A stretch of DNA of 51,383 nucleotides from Octopus bimaculoides (Eukaryota), in the NCBI RefSeq assembly GCF_001194135.2, contig NC_068997.1, positions 43,648,366 through 43,699,748 on the forward strand, given 5' to 3'. A model generated the notes under the pieces. It was not told the origin of the DNA and did no database searches. It worked only from the letters and a program-made list of their open reading frames with translations. Shown piece by piece: positions 51,078 through 51,383 of this stretch (the first letter of the stretch is position 1; each line of letters opens with the position of its first letter). The translations under genes and the position numbers were made by a program.

Positions 51078-51383
51078 GTCCACTCAAGCAGATAAGTGTA
51101 CTTGCTAACACTGCAAGAAAGTAGATCCTTCCACATGCACATCCCGCCCTTCTAACGACCATTACAGCTGCTGCTACTTGCTGCTGTTGTTGCTGCTGCA
51201 GCTACTACTACTACTGCTGCTGCCACTGCCACTACTACTACTACTACCACCACCACCACCAATACTACTACTACTACTACTAATAATAATAATAATAATT
51301 AATTCGTTTTATTGACCACAAGGGCTAATATCAATTAAAAACATATAAGGACAAAGACAGGACGAAGGTTACAAAAGGTTTTG

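Noticed and set aside
317-51162. The supplied six-frame ORFs as protein-coding genes
   Set aside because: All are 150 aa or shorter. Most are microsatellite read-through (YIYI, CVCV, RERE), N-gaps, SINE frames or broken TE frames. None has a host-protein domain I recognise.
50959-51162. Signal-peptide-like minus ORF MVVRRAGCACGRIYFLAVLASTLICLSG
   Set aside because: It runs into a (GA)n tract with no good donor after the hydrophobic stretch.

Overview
AT-rich, repeat-dense eukaryotic DNA with five assembly gaps. I recognise the SINE, MITE and microsatellite families as octopus (coleoid cephalopod); this is pattern recognition, not a database result. I found no intact protein-coding gene, RNA gene or CRISPR array. 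The supplied ORFs are microsatellite or repeat read-through, or decayed TE frames. The window reads as intergenic DNA or a long intron. It holds a DD37D (maT) Tc1/mariner relic, R4/Dong-type non-LTR fragments within (TAA)n tracts, RTE LINE relics, Penelope-like (PLE) ends, hAT and piggyBac MITEs, and dozens of SINE copies. The best lead is a PLE 3' end where a GIY-YIG C-terminal frame runs into a tRNA-like Pol III A/B-box module and a hammerhead-ribozyme-like motif (5033-5480, -). A near-canonical minimal hammerhead lies at 30995-31030. Other leads are a SINE/(TAA)n/R4 nesting pattern, locally templated insertions, a 35-bp hairpin, an RFX X-box, a CCAAT-CCAAT-TATA promoter candidate and a few weakly supported micro- or recursive-exon candidates.
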